Below are positions 35,841 through 50,700 of a stretch of DNA of 64,000 bases, piece by piece (within the stretch, counting starts at the first letter, position 1; every line of letters starts with the position of its first letter). The notes below the pieces were generated by a model. It was not told the origin of the DNA. It saw nothing but the letters and a program-made list of their open reading frames with translations, and did no database searches. The stretch is from Octopus vulgaris (taxonomy: Eukaryota): positions 108,748,001 to 108,812,000 of the forward strand of contig OX597819.1 of assembly GCA_951406725.2 (NCBI GenBank). The letters run 5' to 3'. Both the position numbers and the translations under genes were made by a program.

Positions 35841-36344
35841 CAGTGGAACAGTCCAAAATAAAATCTGATGTATTTTTAATTCACTGAGGGCTGTGATTAT
35901 GGAAACCAAAGGACACAAACCTTCTGTTTGACATTTGATTACTATAGCTAAATGTGGATGTGCTTTGATTTCTTGGCCTTATCAAGTGAAGGAGAAAGCT
36001 TTGATGACAGTGCATACATAAAACAATGAGAGATCTCCTTGTGGAGGGTAAAAAAAATGTAAGAGCTTGAGATATACTATCGTTTAGCCTTGGAATCATA
36101 CAGTTAATTATACAAGTATACTTTGATTTCTTGTGTGCTTGAGAATGCATCACTTTTGGGCCCTTTGGCTACTTAAGTTCATCAAATTACTACTTCATTC
36201 TCAAGATATTTTCAAACCTGAAAGTATGAGATGAAACGGGTTGTGAAATAACTAGAATATTGCAGCTGTCTTTCTCAAAGACTGGGTTTGAACCAGTAAG
36301 ATTGAAGACAATATTCAGTTTGAGCTGGTGGTGTTATTGTTTTG

Positions 36345-36640
36345 TATTGTGGCAAGAAGTTCACTTTCCAACCACAGAGTTCCTGGTTTAGTCCCACTGC
36401 ATTGCACCATAAGCAAGTGTCTTCTACTATAGCCCTAGGCTAACCAAAGCCTTGTGAGTGGATTTAGTTGGTGGAAACTGAAAAAAGCCCATCATATATA
36501 TGTGTATTTGTCCCATTGACAAACAGATTTGCTAAGTACCAGGCTTAAAAGAAAAGAAGCACTGGGGTCGATTCATTCGACTAAAACCCTTTAAGCCGGT
36601 GCTCCAACAAGACCATAGTCTGAAACAAGTAACAGAATAA
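36345..36640 (+). mobile_element. SINE family B copy downstream of the TTI1 stop
   Basis: Collinear with 13066-13449. Confidence 0.82.
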
Positions 36641-37378
36641 TTGTTTCTCAGACATAAAGTGCAGTGACAAGTGAGTCAACATTTCAAGAGTAAATGTACT
36701 GTATAGGGTCTGGAACTACACTGCTGTATGTTTTACAGATAGTTGGAGTACGGCAGTCAAGATATGTGGGGTGCAATGTTGAAAAATGTATTTATTCAGA
36801 GGAGGAAAGATGTCTGACTCTGTAGAAGGTTGTCAAAAGAGAATGGTTTGACATTTTGCAGTACTGTATATAGTATACCTCTTTCTCTTATTTCACCCTC
36901 TATTTATCTTTTCTCTCATGTCTTCCAATCTCTCCCTCTCATATGATAGATTAGTTCATCTATCTACAATGGCTAAATAAGCCTCACTGATCATCTTGTG
37001 GTTTTACACTTATAAAGCAATCAATTCCCAATCCACACAGATTTAGCTGAAATTCCAAGAATACCAAAGTCAATAACACCACCCCCATCTCAGGTACAAA
37101 AACCCACTTCAAATACACACAAGAACGACTCATTTGTACAGCTTGCAGTAATAATATTGATGGACATGTCATGTATGTACCATATCCTACTAAATATGAT
37201 CAGGATTACCAACAGTGTCAGCAGCAATATTATCAAGTCTTTCACTGGGATAGTTTCATCTCATAATAAACACCTATGATCTACATGTGGCTACAAAACA
37301 CTAACATGGTAAGATGTTACCAATTAATTTGGTATGGCTAGAGTGAATGGATGGAGAAGAGATTAACACTGGATATTA

Positions 37379-37404
37379 AATAAATATGGAATTTATACAA
37401 TAAA
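37379..37404 (+). terminator. Candidate TTI1 polyadenylation signals (two AATAAA)
   Basis: AATAAA at 37379 and 37399 followed by a T/GT-rich tract; other AATAAA at 35857 and 37265. Confidence 0.4.
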
Positions 37405-38424
37405 CTCTGCAGATTGTTTTCATTTTTAAATGGCAAAATGAACATTATATATGTTACTGTTTAGCTCCAGGTCAGTTTTGATTGAGTAGACCTATGATCA
37501 AGAAGCATTCCAACTTCAATCATCCTTATTAAGATAGTAAGGTGTTATTTGTAGGAATCTGGCTACTATTCCTAGCAAGTTGACTGATCGAGTAGAGTCT
37601 TCCTCATTGGCTCTTATGTTAGATATGTGTATAATTTTAAATCTGCTTTTCCAATGCATACCCAAACACTACGAAGAATAATATGAGTATATTTGCTACA
37701 CCTAGTTCACTATGACCTATTTTTAGATTCTCCTTCAGGCTCCTGTAATATTTAATGTCATAGCACACCATCCTTATGGTGTTGTTTGTGTCTGACCAAG
37801 TCAGGCCAAAAAAAGGAGCCCTGAAGTTGTGTCCCTACCAGAAAATACAAGGCATTTTTTAAAACTTGGTGCTCAAACGATTGCACCACTTCACTGCCCT
37901 GATGATAATTTCTAATTTAGGTACAAGACCAAATATTTCTGAGGAGTTCAGTTAAATAAATGCCAGTACTTACCCATTACAATCATCATTTTAACATTAA
38001 CTTTCCCATACTTGTACAGGCCAGATAGGACCACATTGGGTCAGAACTGTCTATGGCCAAACATCAACTTTCACTTGTCTTCAAGCGAGATAATAATACT
38101 CCAGTCTATCAAATAACAGCCTGAGAATGGTTACACGGAGAACTGGAAACAAACAACATTGAATGGGCCTTTTATTTACAGTCAGCAAATACACAAAGAT
38201 GAGGGAAAATATACTTACTCATACACATGCGCAAGTGATTATTTATATATAATAACTATCCAATACATGGGAACGTGAAACTGAGTAAGTCTTGATAATT
38301 TTGCAACTTCAATAAAAGCATATTACTCTACCTTCAGTATTTGAGTACTATTTTCCCACCTCGTTTTGCACTTATGTGCTCAACTGTGTGCGTGTGTTTG
38401 TATATATTATTTATATACACATAC

Positions 38425-38565
38425 ATCATTATCATCGTTTAACGTCTGCTTTCCATGCTGGCATGGGTTGGACGGTTCAACTGGGGTCTGGGAAGCCAGA
38501 AGGCTGCACCAGGTCCAGTCTGATCTGGCAGTGTTTCTACAGCTGGATGCCCTTCCTAATGCCAA
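38425..38565 (-). mobile_element. RTE 3'-terminal fragment
   Basis: Nearly identical to 850-985. Confidence 0.85.
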
Positions 38566-39619
38566 CATATATATATATACATACACACACACATACATAT
38601 ATATATACATATACACAGACTTCAGTTCCTGTGCACCAATTTCACTGAAGGGATTTGTTGACAAATAGCTGTAGTACAGGATACCAGCTAAAAGCATCAT
38701 GCAGTAGGAATGGATCCTTAACCATATGGTTCTGAAGTGAACTTCTTAACCACACATAAACGCCTGTGCCTATTACAATGATAATTTTAGATGGGGTTAG
38801 TCAGTTACATCACTCCTAGTTTTCAACTGGTGCTTATTATATCAACCTTGAAAGGATAAAAAAGTTAATTCAGTGGAATTTGAACTCAGAAAGTAAAGCG
38901 CCAGAAGAAAATGCTACTAAACATTTTGCCCAGTGCAAGAACAATTCTGCCAGCTCACCACCTTAATAACAATAATAACACAGTCATGCAAGAAAAAATA
39001 TGTTTATACCATTTTAAAATACTATATACAAAAAAGTAAATATATTTGAATGTATAAAGATTACATGTGTATCACAAAAACTTGCTATGACAAAGTTGTT
39101 GCTGGGAATACAACCTACATCACAGACAGTTTACAAGGATACACACACACAAGGTAGTTCAAATTAAACATAACCACATTCTCTTCATACTAAAATATTC
39201 CTCGTGCTGAAATACATCTGACTAGAATTCTGAAACATTTTAGATATACATATTCAAGTTGAACGTAAATGCATTTACCTGCCCAAGATTGCTTCTAGTT
39301 GTGGTACAAAATTAATTATAAAGATTTTTAGTGTTTTAGCGATCATAGCAAAGGCCATGCTTTAGCACTGCTTGTCCATATTTAAATTAGAACGTTTTAT
39401 CAGAATTTCATGTAAGAATAATATCAGTTTGATATTCTAAGTAATGAATGTGGCTACAAAAAGATTTGCGTTACCAGTTTGGAGGGTCTGCTATGACTAC
39501 TGCACCGTCACACTGAACTCGAGTGGCAGTATTTCAAGTTCATAAAGAAAAATTTCTTGTTTCTTCCACAGTATACAAACTCTTACACAAGTTTACTATC
39601 AACAAGAACACCATAATTT

Positions 39620-39850
39620 CTAGCTTTCTTCAGGTAGATGCTTCAAAATCCAGCTTCGTAGCAAGTGTAAAGTTTTCTTGTTGAATTCATGGTAGAGATT
39701 ATCAAACATGTGAAGTTCGGAGTCAACTCCTCGGCTCTTCAGTTCATTGTATGTAACACGACCCCATTCAGGCAAGACAAGGGTATCATCCTTCCCATGG
39801 CTCATGAACAATGGTGGCCACTGTGTCAAGTTGGAGCTTGTGTCGAGAGT
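39620..39850 (-). CDS. LYPLAL1: LYPLAL1 exon 5 (catalytic Asp and His; stop)
   Basis: accag acceptor; [14 protein letters not shown]...NLYHEF...[13 protein letters not shown]. Confidence 0.94.
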   Translation of the reverse strand, partial: TLDTSSNLTQWPPLFMSHGKDDTLVLPEWGRVTYNELKSRGVDSELHMFDNLYHEFNKKTLHLLRSWILKHLPEES

Positions 39851-42800
39851 CTGGTGAACAGATTATATGAAAAGAAAAGATTTAAAATACAATTTTTCAA
39901 TGAAATTTTTGAATTACAGAAGTGGTGGTGAGAGCTATGGTAATGGACAGTGGCAATAATGTCAAAGTGGTGGTGATGGTAATGGTTACAGGGGAAGAGG
40001 TAGAAAGACAAAAAAAGAGGGCACATTATTTGTTTCTATGACCAGAGGAGGAGTCATTGCCCTATAACTTTCACATATCAACACTGTCATTGATTACACT
40101 TGGTCACTTTGAATTTCTGTAGGAGAGACATGGTTAGGAATGGAGTATCAGAGAGGAAGCACTTTTGTGGCGATAGGATTGGCCCAGGTGATTCAAAGTG
40201 ACCAAGTGTAATCAATGACAGTGTTGATATGTGAAAGTTATATAGAGATATATGTATTAGATAGAGACAAATAGCAGAGAATAATATATCAGATTTTAAT
40301 GATGAGACAGTTGTTGATGGTAGCTTACCTTGTAAACAGATGATTTTTCATTGAGAAAACAGGACATGCCAAAAACTCCAGCCACAGATGGTCGAAACCG
40401 GTAACCTACATGTAATGCTGCACAGCCACCCATGGAAAATCCACCTTGAGAATGAAAATGTATATATATACATACATACATACACACACATAACCCAGTA
40501 TCTCTTCTCTTTTCTTCAGTTACAGAGACCACTTTAGGTCTTGCAAGTTATGAGACAATCATCACTAGCACTGGCACCATGAAAAAAAGGATCCTGTACA
40601 CTTTGTAAATTGATTGGTGTTAGGTATGTTTTCTATGACTGAATGCACTTCCTAAGTAGACATTGCAATTCTCTTTCTCACCAAATCCTGTTAAATTGTC
40701 CACTCCATACCAGCATGGAAACTAGATGTTAAATGATGATAACGAAAATGTATATTTCAAATTGTATGATACAGTTATGTACCTAAGTAAAAATTTTATG
40801 TAACAGCACATCATTTTTCAGGCTATATAACTGTTATAAAAATTATATTTTTCGCTTCAGATAGAAAAATTTAAAATACCATATACGCAAAGCATAGCAA
40901 AAGATATTGAGAGAAAAAAATTTGTTTAGAGTAATTATAAATACTGATTTCAAATTTTGGCACAAGGCCAGCAATTTTGGGGGCGGGGCTAAGTTGATTA
41001 CATTAACCCTAGTGTTAAACTCTTATTATTACATTAACCCTATTTTTCAACTCTTATTTTATCAACCCCAAACGGTCAAAAGGCAAAGTCAACCTCAGTG
41101 GAATTTGAACTCAGAACATAAAAATGGACAAAATACCACTAAGCATTTTGCTCACATGCTAATGTTTCTGCCAGCTCACTGCCTTAGTAATTATATCAAT
41201 ACAGTATTTTGATAAAAATGTTAAAGCAGAATTTTATATTAAATTCTATATTAGTATTTCTGCAAAATTTTATGAAGCTCAACATGGATCATTTTCTGGA
41301 TAGCTTAGATGCAACAATTCTTAATGAAATAACAATCCTAGATTAACTGAAGCTTCTTAGCATTTTTTAAAGCAAATCATCCAAAACAGCAAATTTATGA
41401 TGTTATGTTTATGTTATGTATGAACCTGAGCAAGACCAGGTGCTGTTGCTGGCTGTATGTATATTACATTATACCTACAACAAAGATAAATATTCTTAGA
41501 GCAATATGAAGTGGTACCAAGAAGTTTATTATAAAATTTACTACACTTGAATAAATTCACGAGCTTTTGAAATATAACAGGACCACAAACATTGGTTGGC
41601 AGGTCTATCATCATCATAAAACCAACAAGTGTACCTCTTCATGATTACCCAGCTTGCTATAAATAGCATCATCAAATTACACCCTTTCAAATAAGGAAAA
41701 ATAAATAGGAAAATATAGTCAGATACCCTTGAAAAGACTAGATGATCATGGCCAAAGAAGCTCTGTTTAATCTGGATTGACCTGGCACTGAACAACAATA
41801 CTGCTTATATTGCCTTTAATGGAATTCATGCTTTTATTGATCATGATGACAATAGTGTTGATAGAAGTGAGTGATGACAGTAATGATGATGATTACGGTA
41901 AATGTTTAGTCTACACCTACCCAAATGAACAGCCCTGACCCCTCCATCTGGGACTATATTATGTATCTTTTAATAATCCTACTCATTGACCCCAGTACTT
42001 GACCCTGAATGGATGAAAAAGTTGACCACGGCAGAATAATGTACCCTTTAATAATAATGGTGGTGATAATGAAGAGAAAACAAAGAGTAATAAAGTGCCA
42101 TTTCAATATGATACTCACCAATGATTATCCTGTTGAAAGGTATACCATTTTTGATCTCAAGGTCAATTAGTTCAGAGATCTTTTCACACATTGGATTAAC
42201 AGATTCATCTTCTTCTACAAATGGACTGATCTTCTTACGATTGAACCATACTGTACTCTGGTGTCCCATCATAGGAGTGTAGGGCCTGTAGAGATACATC
42301 AGTTTTACTGTGATAGGTACCATGGTTAGAGAGAAAAAGAGCAAGAGAGTAAAGAAGGTATGTCAGAGAGAGAAAAAAAAGGGAGAAAATTGACTTAATT
42401 GTATATTACTATATAATAAAAAGTCAATTTTGGTGGAATTTGAAGTGTGTCTGTGTACCTATGTACTCGTTCATTTAAAGTCAGTTTTTCAATGCTAACA
42501 TGGATTTGGATGAAGAGTGATTTGCATGATTTACAGCAGGTTTCTATGACTGACTACTCTTCTTGTTGCCAACCTTTACATACTTTTCAAGTAAGGGATA
42601 TCTTTATTCCAGAGATCTACAGAAGTGCAGAGCAACTGATTGTTATGTCAACAAGGAATAGCAACACACACACACACACACAATGGGTTTCCTGCAATTT
42701 CCATCTACCAAATTTCTTCACATAGCACTGGCTGGCCCAGGGCTGTAGTAGAAAACACTTACCCAGGGTAGTGCAATGGGACCAAATCCCAAGCTACATA

Positions 42801-45800
42801 ATTAACACAGACAAAAGTTTAATGTTACAGAGGATAATGAAGCAGCTGCTGCATTTATTGATAAGCTTGCCAAGTTAGTTTCTGCAAAAAAATGAAGTCC
42901 TGAACAGGCCTACAAATATTGATGAGACTGCCCTTCACTGAAGATGTACTCCAAGAAAAGCACTGACAACTGAAGATACAGAGTCACCAAGAGATCACAA
43001 AGCATTGCAAGATTATATCACAAAGCTAGGCTGCATTCAACCTGCCTGAATCCCGAAGTGTAAGCTGCTGGTCATCAGCAAAAGTTTACATCCCAGGACC
43101 TTCAAAGTTATGACAGTTTCTAGTGATTGTCTGTGTCAATAGGAAAGGGTAGATGACAACATTACACTGGGATGGTCTGAAAAATATTTTGTTCCTGAGC
43201 AAGAACTTGTCGAGACCTTGTTCACCTGGACCAAAATAATGCCCATAACTGCTCCACATATCCCAAAGCAGAACTTCTGGTGAAATAAGTTGCTCAATAT
43301 CTACCTCCCACCTAACTGCATATTATTAATTCAATCCCAGGACAATCACAGAATTATCATCATGTCTGCTTTCCATGATGGCACAGGTTGGACAGGCGAC
43401 CACAGAGTCAATTCTTATTTGCAGTTTCTGCTCTCCTAGACTACATAGAGACTCCCTTGTTAACTGGTAATTAAAGTGAGGATTATAGAGAAGGGACTTA
43501 ACTGATTTTTGCAAGCCTAGAGAAACAATGAGAGAACACCTGTGTGATTGCTTAACTTCCTAATAATTTTAGACAAGTCTCCTTCAAATCAAGCTCTACC
43601 ATCTTAAATAAAGAACACTCAATAATATAATCCTACATACTTTTAAAAAGACAAGACAGATTTGGTCGTAAGTTTCTTATTCAGGGATGACCTGAGGTTA
43701 AATAACAACCAGAGAAACAAAACAAGAAGTACAGCATGGGGCTGGAGAAAGGCTGTTGATCAATGCGCCAACACTTACCTGGCAGGGGCTGTAGGATACA
43801 CAACTCGAATATGAGGAAATGCCAACTCGTGTCCTATAACCATTTGGAGCCATTCTCTTATACCTTGACCAGTATCACCTACAAGTATCATCAGCATCAT
43901 CAATGCACAAAAGAAAACAAAATAAATTTAAATATGCAACCCCTTCCCCTACACAAAACTCAAATAATACAAGTAGACCCAAGTTTAGGACACCTGTACT
44001 ATGTTACATAATAGGATTAAACATGCGACCTAGCATTAACTGAAGTGTTAATGAATGATTGGAAAGAATAGTTTTTTTTTACTCAAATGTATTACTAGAT
44101 GAATATTCTGTACCACTGACTATTACAGGGTGTTCCAGCTAAATTTGACAGTTTGCATGAAAGGAAAAGAAAACAATATCTCAAAATAAAAGTATTTTAA
44201 AAAATAAACAAATATCAACTAGATTATGGCTGCTGGGATAATAGTTTACTCAAAGTAGCCATCCTCAGCTTCTACCACTGCCTCAAGATGGCTCCAGACC
44301 CTGGTGCATGCATTCCTTACTGTATCCATAGGAAGATCTTCAAACACCTCCCAGATTTGGTGTTTGAAACAGGGCAGTTGATGCCTGTGGGATTACAATC
44401 TGAGGAATTAGGGGGCCAGAAATTGGGGCTACTGGAATCATAGAAATTCTCTGACAACCACTTCTTTCTGGAGGTATGGCAAGAAGCTGAATCCTGTGTC
44501 CACACATATAGCCTTCCAGCAGCAACCCTCTCCAACCATGGTTTGACCACAGTCACCAACAGCTTCATATAGCCATTTGAATCGAGTGAACTGAGTTTAA
44601 GACTTTGTTCAAAGATGTGCTGTGACATGATGCCACCCTCATTGGAGACACACCCGAAGAGCATCAGTTTGGGGGAAACTTGGTTTTTCATGATGTCCAC
44701 GTCATCAGCCAGTACACTGTTCACAGTAGTCATGATGTTGGCATTTTGACACCTGGCAAAAATCATTACGATGCAGGTAACGCTTTTCCAGTATTCAGGT
44801 GGCTTTCAGTCCTCCATGTCAGCTAACTTTTTCTCAACTACAACTTTAATTTTTATCCTCTTCAATGTTGTTGACTATTTACATCAAGCTGTTCATGAAA
44901 AAGGGGACATAAAATAGTGAAACCTTGCCTGATCACCCTGTATAACTACCATTGTATTGCCATCTACATGGGAAAACATAGTTCTCAACATTTTCATGGT
45001 TGCTTTTGCCTGACGGTATGTGTTGGATTGCTCAATTTCAAAACAACATCTCTATTTGTCATGACTCTTCATCACCTTTGTAAAGTTCAGCATGCTGAGA
45101 TCATTCCTCACCACTTCTATGCATATTTTCTTTAGTCTTTCTCTTCCACAGATTTCTTCTATTTGCATTATTGAGATGTTTTACCCAAATTATCATTCTT
45201 CAGTCACATCAAAGGTCTATACCATTACAGTCTACATTCTGATTCCCAATTTTTTTCTCCTCACATTCATGCTCTGTCATTTATACACATTTAATATCAA
45301 CAAACCATGTTCACTTCATCTCCAACACTTTAGCCATTGCATATCCTCTACATTCTTGCAGCAATATCACACTTTGTACACAAGCATCATATAGTCTGCC
45401 CTTCACTAGGAAATAAGCCCTTTGTTGTCAACAGAACTTTTCTCATCATGATTTTTCATATTGTTAACAGAAGCTTTCAATTACTACTAAGAAACCTTCT
45501 GATCAATTGATTCTTCCTTCCTTGGTTGTGTCTGCTGCCAGCTATTCCTATGCATCTTCTGTCAGCCCATCTGAAATCTCATGGCACCATTGAATCAGAT
45601 ATATAGTATAAAGTTTATATAGAACTGGTTGTTCATTCACACTTTGTTAATAGCAAACCTCTACATGGCCCTCATAAACCTTTCCTCATCTCAATGTTTC
45701 TTAGCTACCATCAGACTACGGAACAAGATACCCAATAAAAAGCCATTCCCAAGTTAATTCATAATGTACAGTGTTTTGTTCTTGGCAAAGAACTCCTGTA

Positions 45801-47702
45801 GATGTCTCACTTCAAAGAAGGCATCAATGTTTGCATTTTATAGCACAAATTGAAACTGCATTTCATCTAAGCTAGTGTTCTTGTTGATTAGATTTGTTAT
45901 AATTCTGTTTCAATTATTTTCACGATTGGGTCTGTCTGTTTAAAACTTCTGTTACTTCTTTTTAAAGCACCATTTTTGCCCTTGTAGCAGTTCAGAGTGA
46001 TGCTACTATGACAGACAGCCACTGGAAACAACACCGCCCTCCACTGCCTGATTTCACTATTCAGCAACTATCTGATGCTTTCTCTATCTTCATATCCTAA
46101 ACAACCCTTTCTACCATATAACAGTCAATCTCAAAAGGTAGTTCTTTAATTGAACCTTCTTTTCCCTTTTTTTGTAACTCATTAACTGCCCATAATATTG
46201 TTTCCATTCTTCTTTCTACTCAGCAACTGTGATAGCAGTTTTATTCTTTTCTTTAATTCCTTTAACTTCATGTAAAGCACAGGGTACCAGCAAGAGATCT
46301 CCATCTGTCTTGATCTTTAGCAATGGATTGCATGTCCTAGGTGTATTCATCTGTCAGTGCTTTACTTTCTGTGGATCTTCTCTGTGTTATTTTTGGTCTG
46401 CTACACTTGTCTCTCTCTTAGGGTGTCCACAGGTTTCTGTATTGAGTGCCCCAGCCAATCCCATTTCTTCTACTTGATCTGAAGTTCAATAAATTTCTGG
46501 TTTGCCTGTTCCCACAGAACTTTGTGAGTGTCTTACCATCTCACCCGAAGGATGTTTTGGAGCTATCTATTTACAAACACTTGGAGCTTGTCAATGGAGA
46601 ATTTTTTGACTCACCATGTTTCACAGGTGTACACTGAACAGTATTCATATCCACCATAGAGATCCTGTTTCTTGTTTGTTGACAAGATCTGTGACCTCCA
46701 GATCTAATTTCACATAAATTTTCCCCAGCAATTTCCTGATTTACTATGACACACTGCTTCACAATGCAGATTATCCACAGTGTAGGACATTAGCAAACCT
46801 CTTACTTTTATCCCTGTTTTCATCAATACACCTGACTGATATCTAGCCACCTGATATTCTTTCTTGATTACAATTTTTCTCTACCTTTTCTTGACTTATC
46901 TCTTAGTTTTTGTGACAATCTTAGTATACAAATATATTTTGCATTACTAATTATTACATGTGTAGTCAGTATGTAAATATATTTTGTATTATTAAAAATT
47001 ATTATGCTAATATCTGAAAGAAACTGTACCTATGTATCTATACATGCATGTATCTTGTGTGTGAACACATTTCTATCACATTTTAATCTTAGTTTTCTTT
47101 TTGAATAACCTGCATCACATCCAGTTTACCCTTCCTCTAAACTTTACACCTCTTCCTGTTAAAGAAAAGACCCCTGTTACTTTGAACAAGGTTGTTCTGG
47201 TAAACTATTACTTAACTCCTTTCTGATAATATTTCTAATGAAGATACACAGCCTATTTGTTTAAAAAATTTTGAAAATAGGCCTACAAAGATCAGACTGT
47301 CCATTAAACTTGTAAATTAATTCTTTATTTCATTTTTCTTTTAGAGCTGCTTACAGTTATAGCCAGCTTTTTGTTTTCTTTCTTCAACTAAGAAGAAAAT
47401 TTCAATTTATTAAAAATATTTTGTGTCATTAGAAAACATCTCTTAATTTATCTAAAATAACAGGCTTTATCTCCCTTAGTGTGTGTGAATGGTATTGAGC
47501 TAACCCTATCTTTTTTTTACACACACACACACATATACAAATGATAAGTGCAGGTGTGGCCGTGTGGTAAGAAGTTTGCTTCTGAAACATGTGGTTTTGA
47601 TTCAGTCTCACTGCATGGCACTTTGGTTGCATGGGGCAACCAAAGCCTTGTGAGCGGATTTTGTAAAATGAAACTGAAAGAAGCTCATTGTGTGTTCATA
47701 TA

Positions 47703-47755
<53 letters not shown>

Positions 47756-50700
47756 CACATCATCATCAATGATGATGATACACACATATATGTGTGCTTA
47801 CCTTGACATCACATGATGGTTGTAAGCAAGTGACACTATAATGCAAGCTGTGCCCTTTCCTTTCCAATCTTATGTGACATGTATGGTCATGAGGAAATAT
47901 TACCATACTTGGAAATAGTTGAGGATTGGTGACAGTAAGGGCAATCTTTGGAATGTTATTGCAACAAATAACTGACTGCAGAAATGTGTGAAATGAAGAA
48001 AGGCTGCAACACATAGATGCACAAGAAGCACATTTATATGGTTGAATTGGCTGTTAAGGATACAAAATAAATATAAAACAGAAAGCAGCTGGGTCATTTA
48101 AGATGGACACTGAGAAACTGCAAATATCTGGTGAAATAAGACGGAAACTAGTGACACACATAATCAACCAGATAGTATAAGGAAGTTTCATGCCTGATAA
48201 CTGGTGGAGCAATATAATCATTATCTGCTACATGGGCAAATATGCTGTTCTAGAAAGAAGCAGCTACAGAGGTACCGGACTGATGAACAAAGTTATTAAA
48301 AAGAGAATTTAGTTAAATAAGAAATAGTTCAGATTTGGGAAAAACCAAGATACAACAGATGCCATCTTCATAGAAAGCTGATTGTAACAAAAGTTCTTAG
48401 CTAGCATTTGTTGATCTAGAAAAGGTTTGAAAGAAAACCACACATGGCTTGTGAGAATAGTGCAAGCCTTGTACATAGAATCTGTCAACAAAGTTAAAAT
48501 TGGCAATGAGTTCAGTGATGAATTTAACGCCTCAGTTCTATGCTTACTCTTTTTTACTATATAGTTCTGCAAGACATAGCAGAGGAGTTTAAGAGTAGCT
48601 GCCTGTAGAAACTCCTGTAAATGGATTACCTGGTTCACATATCTGAATCTGGTGAAGCTTTAGAGAAGAGATTCAAAACATGGCAGCAAAGCCTAGAATT
48701 GAGAGGCATCAAAGTGAACTTAGCAAAGATTAAAGTTTCACTGCACAGGATAGAAGACAGGACTCTTCCACTTGTTATGCAGAAAAATACTAGATAAAAA
48801 CTTCATGTAGTGTAACCATGTAAACTATGGGTGCACAAGGGGTGTAGCTGAATCACAGGCAGGTAGGCAGAGAAAAAAACCTTTGTATGTGACAGATACA
48901 CAGGAGTTATATGAGCACAAGTGAAATATATTCTTTCCAATGCTTAGACGGCTACACAAATGTGGTTGATAGCTTCTGTTACCTAAACGCTCTGATTGCC
49001 AATGGATTACGGAAAGCAGAGTAGTCAGAATGAGAACAGGAAAGAATTCAGGGAGCTATTACCTCTACTGGCAATAAAGGGGCTCTCTGTTCAAGTGAAG
49101 GATTGATTGTAAGATACTTCTGTAGAAGGTGCAATGGCAGCAAGGTATGCACATTGAATACAGAGGATGTGCAAAGGTTGAACAAAAATGAAGTGAGCGT
49201 AATTCATCGGATGCGTAATGTTAGAATGCATGAACAATGGAGCACAGGTAAAATGGGAGAAAAACTACTAGGAGGGATGCCATATAGTGTGCAAGAGACA
49301 GCATAGTTCCAATACAGACATGTAATACAAAGTCATGATGACAGTTGGGTTAAAGAAGTGCCAGGAAATTCATATGGAAGAGAAATCCAAAAGGAGATTA
49401 CAAAGAAATATATCAGATGGCAAGATGCTGTATTGGAGAGGATCAGTCCAAGCCATGAATGCATGGACAACAGACACAAGGAGGTAGATGAAACAGTGCA
49501 GGAATATCTGTGTGGTTAAGAAGTTAATTTCACAACCACAGTTTTGGATTCAATTCCATTGCATAGCATGGCATCTAGAGTGAATGTCTTGTGTTATATA
49601 GCCTTGTGGTGGCCAATACTTTGAGATGAAATTTGGTAGGTACAAGCTGTTTGGAAGCCTGTTGTGTGTGCATGTGCTCTTGTTTTTATATACCTTTGCA
49701 TTGACACTGCATAGGTAGTGGTGATGTTTGTACCCCTATAAATAAAATTGTCTTGCTTGGCAAATCAGTGTATAAAGGCTACTAGAATAAAGCACTAACA
49801 ACGGTTGTATTAGGAAAAGTATCCAGCCATATGATTGAATACGATTAAATATGGTGAGCGTTAATTTGTATTGAAGTATGACCATTAATTTGATGTTACC
49901 ATGGAAGCTTACCAAGAGAGGGCAACAGCCAGATATGTTAGCTGGTCAGTTCCATAAGGCAAGTTTTGTTTAGGCCAGGTTCTTCCTGATTAACAGGTAT
50001 GCAGTGTTGACACTGCAAAGGGCTACCCTTTCACTCAACATTATGTAGAATCTCTCCATCGACATTGGAAAAAGAAGTGACAAATATTGTAAGCTAGCAA
50101 CGTGTAGGTATGCAATATATAGTTCCAGGTGGTCGTGTCAATATGTTCTACTATCCCTCCTTGTCGTATGACTTTATCTATCCATAGTGTATTTTCCAAA
50201 TTGATAAAATAAGTACCAGTTATATATCAAGGTTTATTTCAATGGACAAACCCTTTTCTCAGTAAATTTGTGCCCTGCCTCTACTCCGACTTCGTTCTAT
50301 ATAACATTTTGAAAAATGCATTTGATAATAACATTAAAAAGATGTATTTTAGAAAACTATGAAGAAATGAAGAGGCGGATACACCAAATTGTAGTTATGC
50401 CCAAATGTAAATTATAAAAAAAACACCGGTTTTTAAATGCCGGTTTCTCTTTAAACATGCAAGTACCGACATTTTAAAGACAAAAATAAATGAAATTACG
50501 CTAAATAAGGAATATTTTAAAAATCAAATATATTCTAGCTCTATATTTAAGAGATGAGGAATTATGTACATTATTTACATTCGACAGATATTTGTCCTCT
50601 TCTTGTTTGTTGTTAACACATTTCGCCCTTTCTTCAGGGCATATGGGTACTGGTTAAGAGCGCGGGCTACTAACCCCAGGATTCTGAGTTCGATTCCAAG

